Sequence record: MW735835.1
Source of the DNA: Pseudomonas phage pPa_SNUABM_DT01
Direction: 5' to 3' (one strand)
DNA length: 64,000 nt
Shown here: piece by piece, positions 38,183 to 48,143 of the stretch
Position numbering within the stretch: position 1 is the first letter of the stretch
Layout: every line of letters begins with the position of its first letter
Notes under the pieces: generated by a model
Databases searched by the model: none
Told to the model about the DNA's origin: nothing
Seen by the model: the letters and a program-made list of their open reading frames with translations, nothing else
Program-made: the position numbers and the translations under genes

Positions 38183-38728
38183 ATGGACAAGAAGCAATTC
38201 GTGAAGGATGAGCTGAAGACGCTCGGCGAAACACTGCTCGGCCTGGGTTACTACTTCCGTCTGATCATGACTGACGACATCGACAGCATGACCCTGATCC
38301 GCGAACGGGCCAAAGAAAAGGTCTCCCACGCCAGCAAGAAGGAATGGGGCCAGGAGTTCTACAACGGCCTGTGCATCGGCGACGCCCTTCAGGAACGTGT
38401 GGATGCGCTGGTGCGCCAGTACAAGCCCGAGGTACTGGCCCTCATCAAAGGCAGTCGTGAAGAGCTGGATCAGCTCGGCATCGAGGTCATCGAAGACAAG
38501 CAGCAGAAAGCCAACCTGCTGATCTTCTCCTGCTGCGGCATGGGCTTCTTCATCTCCGAACGTATTCACAAGCCTCGTGACCAGCGTGCTCGCCGTACCA
38601 CTATGGCGGATGTACGTCACCAGGCCCTTTCGACGCCTCCGGCCAAGCCGGCTGCGGCGCACAAAGACCAACCGGTGACTCGCAACAAACGTCGACAGTT
38701 TGTGACCATCCGTCGCATCGTCAATTGA
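38183..38728 (+). CDS. hypothetical protein, 181 aa
   Basis: SD AAGGA upstream of the ATG. Confidence 0.6.
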   Translation: MDKKQFVKDELKTLGETLLGLGYYFRLIMTDDIDSMTLIRERAKEKVSHASKKEWGQEFYNGLCIGDALQERVDALVRQYKPEVLALIKGSREELDQLGIEVIEDKQQKANLLIFSCCGMGFFISERIHKPRDQRARRTTMADVRHQALSTPPAKPAAAHKDQPVTRNKRRQFVTIRRIVN

Positions 38729-38773
38729 TCCGCGAGTGGGGAGTGCGTTGACGCTCCCCTACTGAGGTGTCTT

Positions 38774-39289
38774 ATGAAAGCGCTCACCCCTATTGAAGGC
38801 GCCTTGATTGGAGCAATGCAGGCGGCTCGTCCGTACATCCAGCGCTCATTGCTCGAACAGCAAGTGTGGACGTACCAGTTTGGTGACGGTCCTACTTACC
38901 CCGAGGACTTCACGATCCTGGACAGTCTGGACAGCGATAACGACATCATTGAATTGCGCTTCACTCCGACCAACCGGCCGGATTATGAACTGCGCATCTG
39001 GGTGAAGTTCATCGAGGCTCCGACCAAGCAAGTGACCGACCACCTCGAAATCGATGTCAACCTGACGCATGGTGCTGTCTACATGGAAGGCGCTACTTGC
39101 GAGTGTCACTCCGAAGAGTACAACATCGTCCAGGACATCGGGACGGTCATCAATGTCATCGCGAACATGGACCTGTGCTTCAAGGTGCGCGCCGAAGCTG
39201 CGGCTGCCCTAGCACAAGTCGCCCAAGCCCAGACCGAACGAGAAGAACGCAAGGCGCGCTTCTCCGTCGTTGAAGGCACCAAGCATTAA
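38774..39289 (+). CDS. hypothetical protein, 171 aa
   Basis: SD GAGG upstream of the ATG. Confidence 0.6.
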   Translation: MKALTPIEGALIGAMQAARPYIQRSLLEQQVWTYQFGDGPTYPEDFTILDSLDSDNDIIELRFTPTNRPDYELRIWVKFIEAPTKQVTDHLEIDVNLTHGAVYMEGATCECHSEEYNIVQDIGTVINVIANMDLCFKVRAEAAAALAQVAQAQTEREERKARFSVVEGTKH

Positions 39290-39301
39290 GGCCCAGCCAG
39301 C

Positions 39302-39670
39302 ATGGAACTTTTCGATTATTACGTCGAACCTGTGGTCAATGTAGAGACAGCCTTTAACCATGTGGCCTTAGAGGCCGCTATAAGGCTCATAGAGAGCGAT
39401 TCAGACGTTCACCCGTACAATCCCTCTCAACGCATTGATCTACGTGCTATGACGCACGTGGAGAGCATTAATGCCCTGCGTGAGCTGATCCATATGTCTG
39501 GCTTCGAACTGGACATCAACAAGATCCTCTGCGAGAACAACCGTTTAGAGACCCCGTACGAGCGCACCATCAAGAAGGCGTTCATGACGAATCACTACAT
39601 GGTCGAGTCCTCAAAAGGCTGGCTGGTCTTCGATACTCATGTGGACACTCACATTGAGGTCTACAAGTGA
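39302..39670 (+). CDS. hypothetical protein, 122 aa
   Basis: ATG with AAGG upstream. Confidence 0.55.
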   Translation: MELFDYYVEPVVNVETAFNHVALEAAIRLIESDSDVHPYNPSQRIDLRAMTHVESINALRELIHMSGFELDINKILCENNRLETPYERTIKKAFMTNHYMVESSKGWLVFDTHVDTHIEVYK

Positions 39671-39675
39671 ATACT

Positions 39676-39697
39676 GGGGAGAGCGCTTGCTCTCCCC
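39676..39697 (+). terminator. hairpin followed by TATGCCG motif
   Basis: Stem GGGGAGAGC / GCTCTCCCC (loop gctt), then gcTATGCCGTGTC. Confidence 0.5.
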
Positions 39698-39708
39698 GCT
39701 ATGCCGTG

Positions 39709-39747
39709 TCGATTGAAAAGTTTTACAGCAATACATGATAGCAGTGA
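39709..39747 (+). promoter_or_regulatory. copy 3 of conserved AT-rich upstream element
   Basis: TCGATTGAAAAGTTTTACAGCAATACATGATAGCAGTGA; 35 nt upstream of ATG 39782. Confidence 0.5.
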
Positions 39748-39781
39748 GTAACCACCATCCTATCCATCCTGGAGATGTATC

Positions 39782-41419
39782 ATGAGTAAAGTTGCAAACG
39801 TAACCATCATCGAAGGCGCTGACAAGATGTTCAAGACCGGCAAGGTCGTCAACACCTTCAAGCTCCTGGAACAGTCCGCTGTGCTGCTGCACGAAGGCAA
39901 GCCCAGCGTGAACCTGCAAGACACCGAGACCCTGATCGTCCGCCGTGGACAGTACGGCGCCATCAATATCAGCATGCTGACCGGTGAAGGCGATGGCGAA
40001 CTGGGCATCAAGATCACTGCCGATGGCCAGGGCTTGGAAGACTGCCACGCAGATCGCACTGGCAACATCATCATGCGTTGGGCCTATTCCAAGATCAAGG
40101 AAGAAGGTCCGTCGCTGTCCGGTGGTGTCGACGATCGTCACGAGCTGGAAGAACAGCGTCGTGATCCGGCGGCCGTGGCCGCACGTGCTGCTCAATCGGG
40201 CGGGCCGGACAACCTGGCCGAAGCTGCGTTCATGGAGAAGATCATCGACATCGAGGCTCACCACAACTCCGACATCAAGACCTCCTTCAACCGCCACGGT
40301 GTGAAGGCAATCCTGACCTGGGCACATCGTCAAGACCTGGACGGCGCCTCGGCAATGGCGCACGAAGGCAAGCTGGTCGATGACACCATCGAAGTCCTGG
40401 CCCGCAATATCCGGGAATTCCCGGAATCTCCGCGTGATCTGCGTGTTGCCCTGAAGGCCGATCCTGCTGGCCTGGGGATCGACGTCGTGGTATTCGGTCG
40501 CACCACTGACCTGTACCGTGTCGACATCGTCAACAACGACCTGAACCTGGTTCATCGCAACTTCGCAGTCAGCAAGGACATGCCGATGGTGATCATCAGC
40601 GACGTTACCATCAACGGTACCGCGCCGGTGACCATGGCTCGTCTGCCGGTGAACGAAGTCACCAGCTTCAACCAGACCACTGCCGATGTGAAGTTCGACG
40701 CGCTGATCCTCAACGCTGACCTGGAGCACGTGATCGCCTACTTCGGTCCCGAGCAACTGGATAAGCTGGTAGGTTACGTGGTCACCGAGGTCTTCAAGGA
40801 CCCGACCGTGACCATGAAGTGGGTGGACAGCATCAACGTCCGTCTGGTCGACAATGCTGATGGCTACTTCCTGGTTGTGGAAGTGGTGCAGCAAGGTTCG
40901 ACTCCGTCGTACGTCGGCGAGCTGTACTCGGTCAACGAGAAGGGTATCCTGATCGAGGACCACAACGTGGCGTTCGCTCTGCACCCGGGCTGGACCATTC
41001 AACTGACTGGCTTCCGGGCTACCCCGGCCAGTGTGCTGATGGGTCGCAGCCATCGTCCTCGCCTGCATGCGGATCGTGACTTCGGTCGTGGCCGTGAGCT
41101 GGGGGATTACGAACGTCTGGGCCCGCTGTCTGGTGGTCAGGAGGAAGAAGAGCAGCGTCGTGAAGATCCGGTCCGTATCCCGAACCGCGAATGGATTCCG
41201 CAGATCAACCAGTTCGTCCACATCGAGGGCGAGCCGACTCTGTACTTCATCGCGGACTACGACCAACTGGAACATCGCTTCCTGCTCAAGCAAGCCGACA
41301 GCAGCCGCCGTGAACGCGACAGCCGTCTGGACAGCCGTTACCGTGACAACCGCAAGAACGCCGACGGCCTGATCCCGGTTGAACCGGGTCGTCTGCGCCC
41401 GTTCACCTTGTTCCACTAA
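39782..41419 (+). CDS. hypothetical protein, 545 aa (probably abundant structural protein)
   Basis: SD GGAGA; preceded by terminator, TATGCCG and AT-rich element; followed by a strong terminator. Confidence 0.65.
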   Translation: MSKVANVTIIEGADKMFKTGKVVNTFKLLEQSAVLLHEGKPSVNLQDTETLIVRRGQYGAINISMLTGEGDGELGIKITADGQGLEDCHADRTGNIIMRWAYSKIKEEGPSLSGGVDDRHELEEQRRDPAAVAARAAQSGGPDNLAEAAFMEKIIDIEAHHNSDIKTSFNRHGVKAILTWAHRQDLDGASAMAHEGKLVDDTIEVLARNIREFPESPRDLRVALKADPAGLGIDVVVFGRTTDLYRVDIVNNDLNLVHRNFAVSKDMPMVIISDVTINGTAPVTMARLPVNEVTSFNQTTADVKFDALILNADLEHVIAYFGPEQLDKLVGYVVTEVFKDPTVTMKWVDSINVRLVDNADGYFLVVEVVQQGSTPSYVGELYSVNEKGILIEDHNVAFALHPGWTIQLTGFRATPASVLMGRSHRPRLHADRDFGRGRELGDYERLGPLSGGQEEEEQRREDPVRIPNREWIPQINQFVHIEGEPTLYFIADYDQLEHRFLLKQADSSRRERDSRLDSRYRDNRKNADGLIPVEPGRLRPFTLFH

Positions 41420-41433
41420 TCCTGGACAGACGG

Positions 41434-41478
41434 CATACAGGGCGCCCATTGGGCGCCCTGTATCCGTTTCTTTTTTTT
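41434..41478 (+). terminator. intrinsic terminator
   Basis: Stem ATACAGGGCGCCC / GGGCGCCCTGTAT, then cgTTTCTTTTTTTTGTTT. Confidence 0.65.
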
Positions 41479-41492
41479 GTTTCCAGCAAGCC

Positions 41493-42359
41493 TTACAGCT
41501 TGATGAAGGTGCGGTTGAACTCCGCAACTTGCTCGGTGTAGCCCACGTTGTGCTTGGCCACGTCCGCTTCCACACCGGTCATGAAGGCCGGCTTCAGGTT
41601 CGGAGAGGTACCGGTCTTCGGCATCGCGTCCAGCAGTTGCTGAGCGAAGCGATCGACCGCGAGACCTACCTGCTGCATCCCGGTGAACGGGATGGACAGG
41701 ACAAGCTCCTCGCCATCGGCGGTCTTGTCACGACGGCCGGTGAAATCACCGGCAGTGGTCGGGTACATGTTGGTGATGAGCCACGCCGAGTTGACCTTGG
41801 TGAAGGACGGGTCCGGCTCGAAGGCGATGATGCTCATCGAGTAGATGTCCGGCAGCAGGTCGGTCGGGCGGTTGACGCGGGTAGCGATACCCGGCACCTT
41901 CGAATCCGGGTCCATGATCAGTTCGGTGATCCAGGATTCGAAGAACCGCTGAACCGGACGACCGTACTTCTCACGGATGGTCATCGAGGGGTCGGAACGC
42001 TGACGCGTCACGTTGCTCGGGGTCTGTTGCATTTCGCCAGCACCCGACACCGGCGCTTCGACGCTGTTCACAGTCAGGGTACGGTTGAAGCCGTCCCAGG
42101 TCTGTGCGTGCATCTCCACAATGCCCTTGAGGGCCTTGTAGTAGCTGTCCGGGTTGTCCAGGTATTGGAAACCACGCGGCGCTTGCAGAACCTTGATGAT
42201 CAGGTTGCGGCGTACGTAGTCGGTGTTGGCATGGAAGTAACGGAGGTCCGACTGGTAGGCGTTTTGACCGCCCAGTGCCAGGTTGACCATCGGCGAGTTG
42301 TTGTACTCGCCGTAACCCAGGCCGTTACCCAGGAGAGTGTCGCGATGACGGACGCCCAT
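41493..42359 (-). CDS. hypothetical protein, 288 aa
   Basis: Start shares nucleotide 42359 with the stop of the upstream minus-strand gene. Confidence 0.6.
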   Translation of the reverse strand: MGVRHRDTLLGNGLGYGEYNNSPMVNLALGGQNAYQSDLRYFHANTDYVRRNLIIKVLQAPRGFQYLDNPDSYYKALKGIVEMHAQTWDGFNRTLTVNSVEAPVSGAGEMQQTPSNVTRQRSDPSMTIREKYGRPVQRFFESWITELIMDPDSKVPGIATRVNRPTDLLPDIYSMSIIAFEPDPSFTKVNSAWLITNMYPTTAGDFTGRRDKTADGEELVLSIPFTGMQQVGLAVDRFAQQLLDAMPKTGTSPNLKPAFMTGVEADVAKHNVGYTEQVAEFNRTFIKL

Positions 42360-44419
42360 TATGCAGTCTCCGCACCAGAGGTACGACGGCCGGCAACGAT
42401 GGTCAGAACTTCAACCGTCTTCATGCCGTCGAACAGGCCTTCGATGTCCGTGTGCCAGCTGTAGCCGCGCTGGGTGTCAGCCGCGGTGTAGTAGGAACTC
42501 GGGGTGATGTCGGCACGACCGTCGTAACGATCCTTGATCTGCCCTTCGATGAAGCGGTCCACGTTCACCGCGTACTCGTCCGCAGTCATGCGGCTGTCGC
42601 CAGTGAACATGCGCCAGGCCAGCTCACCGATACGGTTGAGGTGGCAGCAGATCGCCATCGGGAAGAACGAGTTGAGGACCGACGTGTTGTCGTGGTAGAC
42701 GGTCTGGATACCCGGGAAGAACACTTGACCGCGATGGTCGAAGGGTTCGGCCGAGGAGATACCAGCTTGCCAGTCGGTGTTGCGCGGCTTGACCGGACGG
42801 AACTTCGCGTTGTGGTTCACGAAGCGGGTCACGACGCGGTAGGTGCTGTTGTCCGGCGCGTAGCCGGCACGCATGCGCTCGCCACCCATGTAGGTAGCGA
42901 CCTTGACCGCGAAGTCCACGGTGAACGGCAGGATGCCGTCGTACGGGGAGTCCAGGTACTCACCAGCGTGCTTCATGACGACAGCACGGCAGGCGCCGGT
43001 GTTGTAGAATTCCGACTCCGGCACGAGGCTCAGCGCGTTACGCAGCATGGCACCGATGCTGGAATCTTCTTCCGGGGTGTTCAGGGGCTCGTTGACGTCC
43101 TGAGTGGAAGCCAGGACCCACGCGTCCGGACGGACCGCCATGACGTTGGCCATCAGCTTCTTGGTTTCGAGGCTGAAGCCGGTGTCGATGAAGGCCGACA
43201 TCGGGAAGCTGGCACGGTCAGCGTACGGCACGTCGCCTTCGCCGAACACGTTCAGCTCGTCCTGGACCGCTTGGTCGTAGTCCTCACGGGTCACGTCGCC
43301 GTCATCACCGCCTTGCAGCCAGTGAGTGGCGGTCTCGCCGAACAGAACACCGTTACCGGCCGGGCCTTCCACCTTGACGGTGTAGTACGGCACGCCGTTG
43401 ATGTTCACGCCACCAAACAGGTTGATGGTTTGCTCGGGGGTGACTTCGCCTTCGATCAGGCCGTACTCTTCTTCGGTCGCGAAGACCTGGTCGAGAACGG
43501 TCTGGACGTGCTGGCTGTAGACGTAGAACGTCTTCAGCGGACCGTAGCCGGAGAACACCTCGGGGTCGTTGTTCTCGAACGCCTTGAGGATGCGCTTGTC
43601 GTAGCTGTAGTTGATGTTGGTCTTCGGATCGACCACACCGGTCTTCAGCGAGAACTCGACGGACGGATCGCCGTTCAGGTTCATCAGCACCTGGCCGGTG
43701 CTGTTCTGGTTCGCGCGTTCCAGAATCGACAGGCGGTACAGGAAAGCACCTTGGCTTTCTACCAGCTCGGCGTTGGCCGGGGTGCTGGAGTTGGTGGTCG
43801 GGGCCACCAGACGCAGACCGAAGTTCTTGCCCTTCGAACCTTCGAAGCGAGCTTCGATGTCGAAGAACGGGTACATGGTCGAAGCCTTGCCGTCGTAGTT
43901 GGTCATCAGACCAGTGGTCGGGCTGGCGTTGCGCACGCCTTCTTCGCCACCGATTTCCTCGACGGCCCAGCGGATGCGGTTGCCGTCCAGCGGTTCACCG
44001 GTTTCCACCAGTTGACCGTCGGTACGCTTGAAGCTGCCATCCGGGTTACGCTCGTACTGAGCGATCTTGTCGTCGACGATGTCGCACCAGACGCGCAGGG
44101 TAGCGGTCTTGGCGCCGTTCGCTTTCATACGACGGACCAGGGACATGGCGCCGGTTTGCAGAACTTTCTGCAACATGGCAGCCTGGTGGCTCAGGAACGG
44201 GGAGCCTGCGCCGAAGGAATCGGCACCGTAGATGGTGTTGAAGCCTGCACCCGAAACCAGCAGAGCGGTATCGGACGGACCCCAAGAGGTGAACAGCGGG
44301 GTCCAGGGCAGGAAGATCGGCAGATTGACGATCTCCAGCGGCTGACCCTGACCGCTCACATCTTTGAAACCGAGCACCTCAGTGCGCGGCAAAGACGAAG
44401 CCATCGAAACAGACGACAT
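42359..44419 (-). CDS. putative major capsid protein, 686 aa (size-based guess, phiKZ gp120-like)
   Basis: The track start 44539 (MWWWYRT...) has no SD. The internal ATG 44417-44419 (MSSVSMASSLPR...) has GGGAGA 7 nt upstream. Sits in a head/packaging block near the terminase. Function is inferred from size and context only. Confidence 0.3.
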   Translation of the reverse strand: MSSVSMASSLPRTEVLGFKDVSGQGQPLEIVNLPIFLPWTPLFTSWGPSDTALLVSGAGFNTIYGADSFGAGSPFLSHQAAMLQKVLQTGAMSLVRRMKANGAKTATLRVWCDIVDDKIAQYERNPDGSFKRTDGQLVETGEPLDGNRIRWAVEEIGGEEGVRNASPTTGLMTNYDGKASTMYPFFDIEARFEGSKGKNFGLRLVAPTTNSSTPANAELVESQGAFLYRLSILERANQNSTGQVLMNLNGDPSVEFSLKTGVVDPKTNINYSYDKRILKAFENNDPEVFSGYGPLKTFYVYSQHVQTVLDQVFATEEEYGLIEGEVTPEQTINLFGGVNINGVPYYTVKVEGPAGNGVLFGETATHWLQGGDDGDVTREDYDQAVQDELNVFGEGDVPYADRASFPMSAFIDTGFSLETKKLMANVMAVRPDAWVLASTQDVNEPLNTPEEDSSIGAMLRNALSLVPESEFYNTGACRAVVMKHAGEYLDSPYDGILPFTVDFAVKVATYMGGERMRAGYAPDNSTYRVVTRFVNHNAKFRPVKPRNTDWQAGISSAEPFDHRGQVFFPGIQTVYHDNTSVLNSFFPMAICCHLNRIGELAWRMFTGDSRMTADEYAVNVDRFIEGQIKDRYDGRADITPSSYYTAADTQRGYSWHTDIEGLFDGMKTVEVLTIVAGRRTSGAETA

Positions 44420-44437
44420 TGTAATGTCTCCCATGGG

Positions 44438-44464
44438 AAAAAATTCAACTTCGCGCGTGAAGTT
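44438..44464 (-). terminator. terminator-like hairpin plus U-tract in the leader of the putative capsid gene
   Basis: On the minus strand: AACTTC acgcgc GAAGTT, then gaaUUUUUUccc, then SD GGGAGA and the ATG. Confidence 0.35.
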
Positions 44465-44583
44465 ACGAATGGTATGGCCCTTGCCTACATTTGAAAACGT
44501 AGGATTCGGTACTCGATGTGTTCGATACCACCACCACATACTATTTTGTTATTTTTTACTGGGTGCAACGGAAGAGGTAGAAG

Positions 44584-45519
44584 ATGATTACCAGTCCCTG
44601 GAATTCCACGGCCTTGCGCCAGCACAAGCTGGACAAGATTCTCAGTGAAATCGCCATCGCAAAAGCCATGGGCGCACTGATCAATGATGGACCCCGAGTC
44701 CTGCTGGTCACCCCGCTCGCCGAGAAGGTTGACGCCTTCGTTCTTCCGATTACCTCGGTCGAATACGCCGAGCGCAAGCTGAACGACAACGGCGCCGTGT
44801 TCATGGACGGTCGTTCGTTCATGCGCAAAGAAAACCGTAGCGACTCCGGCTTCGTGGTGAACAACCAGATGCAGGCTGACTTCTTCAACCGCATCGGTGA
44901 ACTCACTGCACTGTGGATTGCACAGCCGATCATGCGCGAAGACTTCATGCGCACCGGCGATATTGCTGCCCAGGTGTACATCTCCTGGCTCAGCAGTGCC
45001 ATCACCAACAAACTCGGTGTGGACTTGGAAGTCGCGCGCGAGATCCAGATCATTACTGCTGTTTTCTTTGCCCAGCAGTTCCACAGCGCCGAAGATTCCG
45101 TCTCCGATCGCGGTAAAGAGAAGTTCGTCAAGCTGATCCAGCGCTGGACTCGCCACCCGATTCAGCTCATTCAGAGCATCGTGGAAAGCCTGCCTTACAT
45201 GGAGCTGCTGAGCGACTTCGTCAAGGCCCTGCAAGAGCATTTCTCCCAGAACACCCGCGTGACTCAGGTCAACACTGGTTATTTGGTAATGTCTCTGGGT
45301 CGCTCCTGGTTCGGCTATGGCGCTACCGAGATCGCTTCGGTTGCTCTGGAATACCCACCGGTGTTCCTGGCTCTGGTCGAAGCAGCTGCCAACGCGAAGG
45401 TGTGGCGCAAGACCCATCTGGGCAAGCTGGTGGAAAACCTGAACCAAAGCCGTGCGGCAGAATCGTTCGCCCGGTCCATGGAGATTCTCGCTGGCGAAGC
45501 CCGGGGCTCCAATCGTTAA
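44584..45519 (+). CDS. hypothetical protein, 311 aa
   Basis: SD AGAGG upstream of the ATG. Confidence 0.6.
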   Translation: MITSPWNSTALRQHKLDKILSEIAIAKAMGALINDGPRVLLVTPLAEKVDAFVLPITSVEYAERKLNDNGAVFMDGRSFMRKENRSDSGFVVNNQMQADFFNRIGELTALWIAQPIMREDFMRTGDIAAQVYISWLSSAITNKLGVDLEVAREIQIITAVFFAQQFHSAEDSVSDRGKEKFVKLIQRWTRHPIQLIQSIVESLPYMELLSDFVKALQEHFSQNTRVTQVNTGYLVMSLGRSWFGYGATEIASVALEYPPVFLALVEAAANAKVWRKTHLGKLVENLNQSRAAESFARSMEILAGEARGSNR

Positions 45520-45534
45520 TAGAAGGTGGACTTC

Positions 45535-48105
45535 ATGACCTCCGATGACTTTCTGATCGACCACGCGTACAAACACGTGTGGTGTGCGCCGGAGCAGGAC
45601 CGGCAGCACATCCTGCGTCCTGCGCGCATCAGCCCTAAAGTCGGGGCTCGTGGAAGTACTGACGTGTTGTGGAACACGTTCAACCTGCCCACCGAAAAAG
45701 AACGCTACCATGTCTTCCAGTTCGGCAACATCGCTCAGAGCAACCTTGATCTGAAGCTGACGCGGAACACCTGGACGAGCGCCAGCTCCCAGATGGTGGA
45801 CAGCATGATGCTGGTGGACATCTACACCGAAAGGGGGTTGATGATTCCGCGTCGGTTGGCGTACTTCCTGATGACCAACGATGGCAACATCGTGATTGCT
45901 GTGGAACACCTGCCGAACATCGGTGACTTCGGTCGCGAAGATATCTACGTTCGTTTCTACAGCAACCAGTTCTTCGCTCGTTTGGACGTGCCCGATGACG
46001 AAGAAGGCATCGAGTACCATTACGGCAAACCGGCCAGCACGGGTCAGCTGAACGCCCTGACGTTCAAGCTGCGCGACCTGCGCCTGAAGTCCGGTTACAC
46101 CTTCGCCTTCGTCAATGGCTGGCGAGTGAACGAGATCAACAACGCAACGGTGGCCATTGGTGACCGGGTGGAGTTGGTCCGTGACAGTTCCGTGGTGCGT
46201 GTAGAAGAGTTCGAGGTCAAAGACCTGCCGGTGTTCCTCTCCGAGTTCGACGAGTGCCAGAAGTACTTGATCCATTCCAAGGTTCCGAACGATGACCAGA
46301 TCTGGTATCGCGACGACCAGGACCTGTTCCTGTACTACAAGAAGACGCCGTTTGTCCACAAGGGCATTTATTACCACAAGAACCAGGAAGACTCCATCCG
46401 CATGGTCACGCATCGGGACTACTCGATTCCGACCGCGTACGTCGACCGGTTCCTGACGCAGAACCCCAACTGGGCGGTGAACAGCCAGCTCACGGTTCAG
46501 CTCGTGGTACGGCGCTCCGGCATGGACAAGGAGCTGATGAGTGAGGCTCACCACATCAAAGAACTGTACAAGTTCGATGACGCGGATTGGCTGGCTGCCA
46601 TCATCGGTACTGAGGCCGTAGTGGACGTGTGGCGGATCGAAGAACTCGAGAAGTCCATGTACACCGCGCTGATGCGCGCCCCTGCCGGTACCATCACCCG
46701 CGAGATGGTCGAAGCCGCTTATGGTTACAACACCATCGCCCGGATCGTGGCGGACACCCCTCAAAAGGTGCCCGGTCCCAAGCAGTGGGTCGAACTCCCG
46801 TTTGGCCTGCGTGGCGAAAGCACCATCTACGAGTACGACTCCTCTGGCAAGTTGCTCGGTTGGTACGCCAACCAGAACGTGCAGTGGTACGTGCCTCGGT
46901 CGCTGCGTTGCAGCTACATCGAAGGCATTGTGGGCAAAGGCACGGACGTGCTCAGCACGGTCTACGCTGGCAACCACAAGCCTGCCGCTGGCCTGACCTA
47001 TCGTTGCTACATCACCGCCATCGAGAACGGTTACCCCACCGGTGACTGGATCGACGTGACCGGGGATGACACCAAATACGACCTCATCGATGGGGAAGTG
47101 GTGTGGAAGGTCAACCCGCTGTTGTTTTACACCGCAATCAAGATGGACGATTCCTTCTTGACCTACAACCTCGAACTCGATTACGCGGACGGGTTGCTGC
47201 GGTTCAGTCTGAACGTGAAGGAGCTGCGCATCAACGGCATCCTTTACACCGGGCTGGTGGAGATCCCGGCAGGGTTGCTGGAGATCTGGTTGAACGGTTG
47301 CCCGCTGATCGAGAAACTCGATTGGTACATGGAAGGCAAGGAAATCGTCATCGTCAACAAGCAGTACCGCAACCGGACTGGCACGTCGAATACCATCACC
47401 ATTCGCCACACCGGCTTCTGCAACCCGGACATGACCCGGGTGAAAGAGTCGGAGTACGGTTGGGTGGAGAACGGTCTCCTGAGCCGGAACAACCGCTGGA
47501 ACCTGCGGGACGACAAAGTGGTGCGTGTCATCGCTGATGGCCGTATCTGGAGCCGAGAAGAATTGAGCTGGGCAGAAGACCGCCCAGAAGTGGTCTTGCC
47601 GGGTGTGCGCAATGGTGCAGCTTATCAGGTCACCGAACCGCTCATCCCGCTGCGCGGCGTGACGTTCGAGGATGCCTACGAGATGCGCGATGTGGCGGAA
47701 GCCACGGACAAGCAGATCGAGGATTACATGACCGAGCGTCTGGGTGAAGTCCCACCGCAAGAGTTCAACCCGATTCCGTTCCGCCACACGCTGTACAGTC
47801 CCTTCGTGGGCAAGCTGATGCATGACCTGATCAGCGGGTACTTCGATCAAACCCCTCTGACCGATTACTACAGCGACGTGGATGTGCGTAAGTGGTGCGA
47901 ACCCTACGTCTGGTTGCTCAAGTACGAGCCGACCAAGCGTAACCTCGACGAGCGGTACGTCGTTGTGGATGCGCATGAGCGCGTAGAGCCGTTCCGGCTG
48001 CCGATTCACCAGTACAACTTCTTGGCCCGCGCCATCAAGGTGATGCTGGACGACAAGATCGACATCACGCACTCGATTCTGATCGACCACCTGCCCATTG
48101 AATAA
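45535..48105 (+). CDS. hypothetical protein, 856 aa (portal-protein candidate by size and position)
   Basis: The track start 45526 is GTG. ATG 45535 has AGAAGGTGGA 6 nt upstream. Large protein upstream of the terminase. Confidence 0.55.
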   Translation: MTSDDFLIDHAYKHVWCAPEQDRQHILRPARISPKVGARGSTDVLWNTFNLPTEKERYHVFQFGNIAQSNLDLKLTRNTWTSASSQMVDSMMLVDIYTERGLMIPRRLAYFLMTNDGNIVIAVEHLPNIGDFGREDIYVRFYSNQFFARLDVPDDEEGIEYHYGKPASTGQLNALTFKLRDLRLKSGYTFAFVNGWRVNEINNATVAIGDRVELVRDSSVVRVEEFEVKDLPVFLSEFDECQKYLIHSKVPNDDQIWYRDDQDLFLYYKKTPFVHKGIYYHKNQEDSIRMVTHRDYSIPTAYVDRFLTQNPNWAVNSQLTVQLVVRRSGMDKELMSEAHHIKELYKFDDADWLAAIIGTEAVVDVWRIEELEKSMYTALMRAPAGTITREMVEAAYGYNTIARIVADTPQKVPGPKQWVELPFGLRGESTIYEYDSSGKLLGWYANQNVQWYVPRSLRCSYIEGIVGKGTDVLSTVYAGNHKPAAGLTYRCYITAIENGYPTGDWIDVTGDDTKYDLIDGEVVWKVNPLLFYTAIKMDDSFLTYNLELDYADGLLRFSLNVKELRINGILYTGLVEIPAGLLEIWLNGCPLIEKLDWYMEGKEIVIVNKQYRNRTGTSNTITIRHTGFCNPDMTRVKESEYGWVENGLLSRNNRWNLRDDKVVRVIADGRIWSREELSWAEDRPEVVLPGVRNGAAYQVTEPLIPLRGVTFEDAYEMRDVAEATDKQIEDYMTERLGEVPPQEFNPIPFRHTLYSPFVGKLMHDLISGYFDQTPLTDYYSDVDVRKWCEPYVWLLKYEPTKRNLDERYVVVDAHERVEPFRLPIHQYNFLARAIKVMLDDKIDITHSILIDHLPIE

Positions 48106-48143
48106 CCTCAGGAGCACGGGGACAGTGTCCCCGTGATGAATAG

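Noticed and set aside
42452-44494. 680-aa forward ORF (also 41379-42464 forward, 39611-41575 reverse, 49992-51959 reverse, 53039-54301 forward, 35352-36620 reverse, 61491-62639 reverse, 31162-32301 reverse, 9142-10227 reverse, 16399-18390 forward, 3989-5077 forward, 22806-24503 forward, 48108-49829 reverse)
   Set aside because: All are long antisense ORFs opposite better-supported genes. Long shadow ORFs are expected at about 57% GC.
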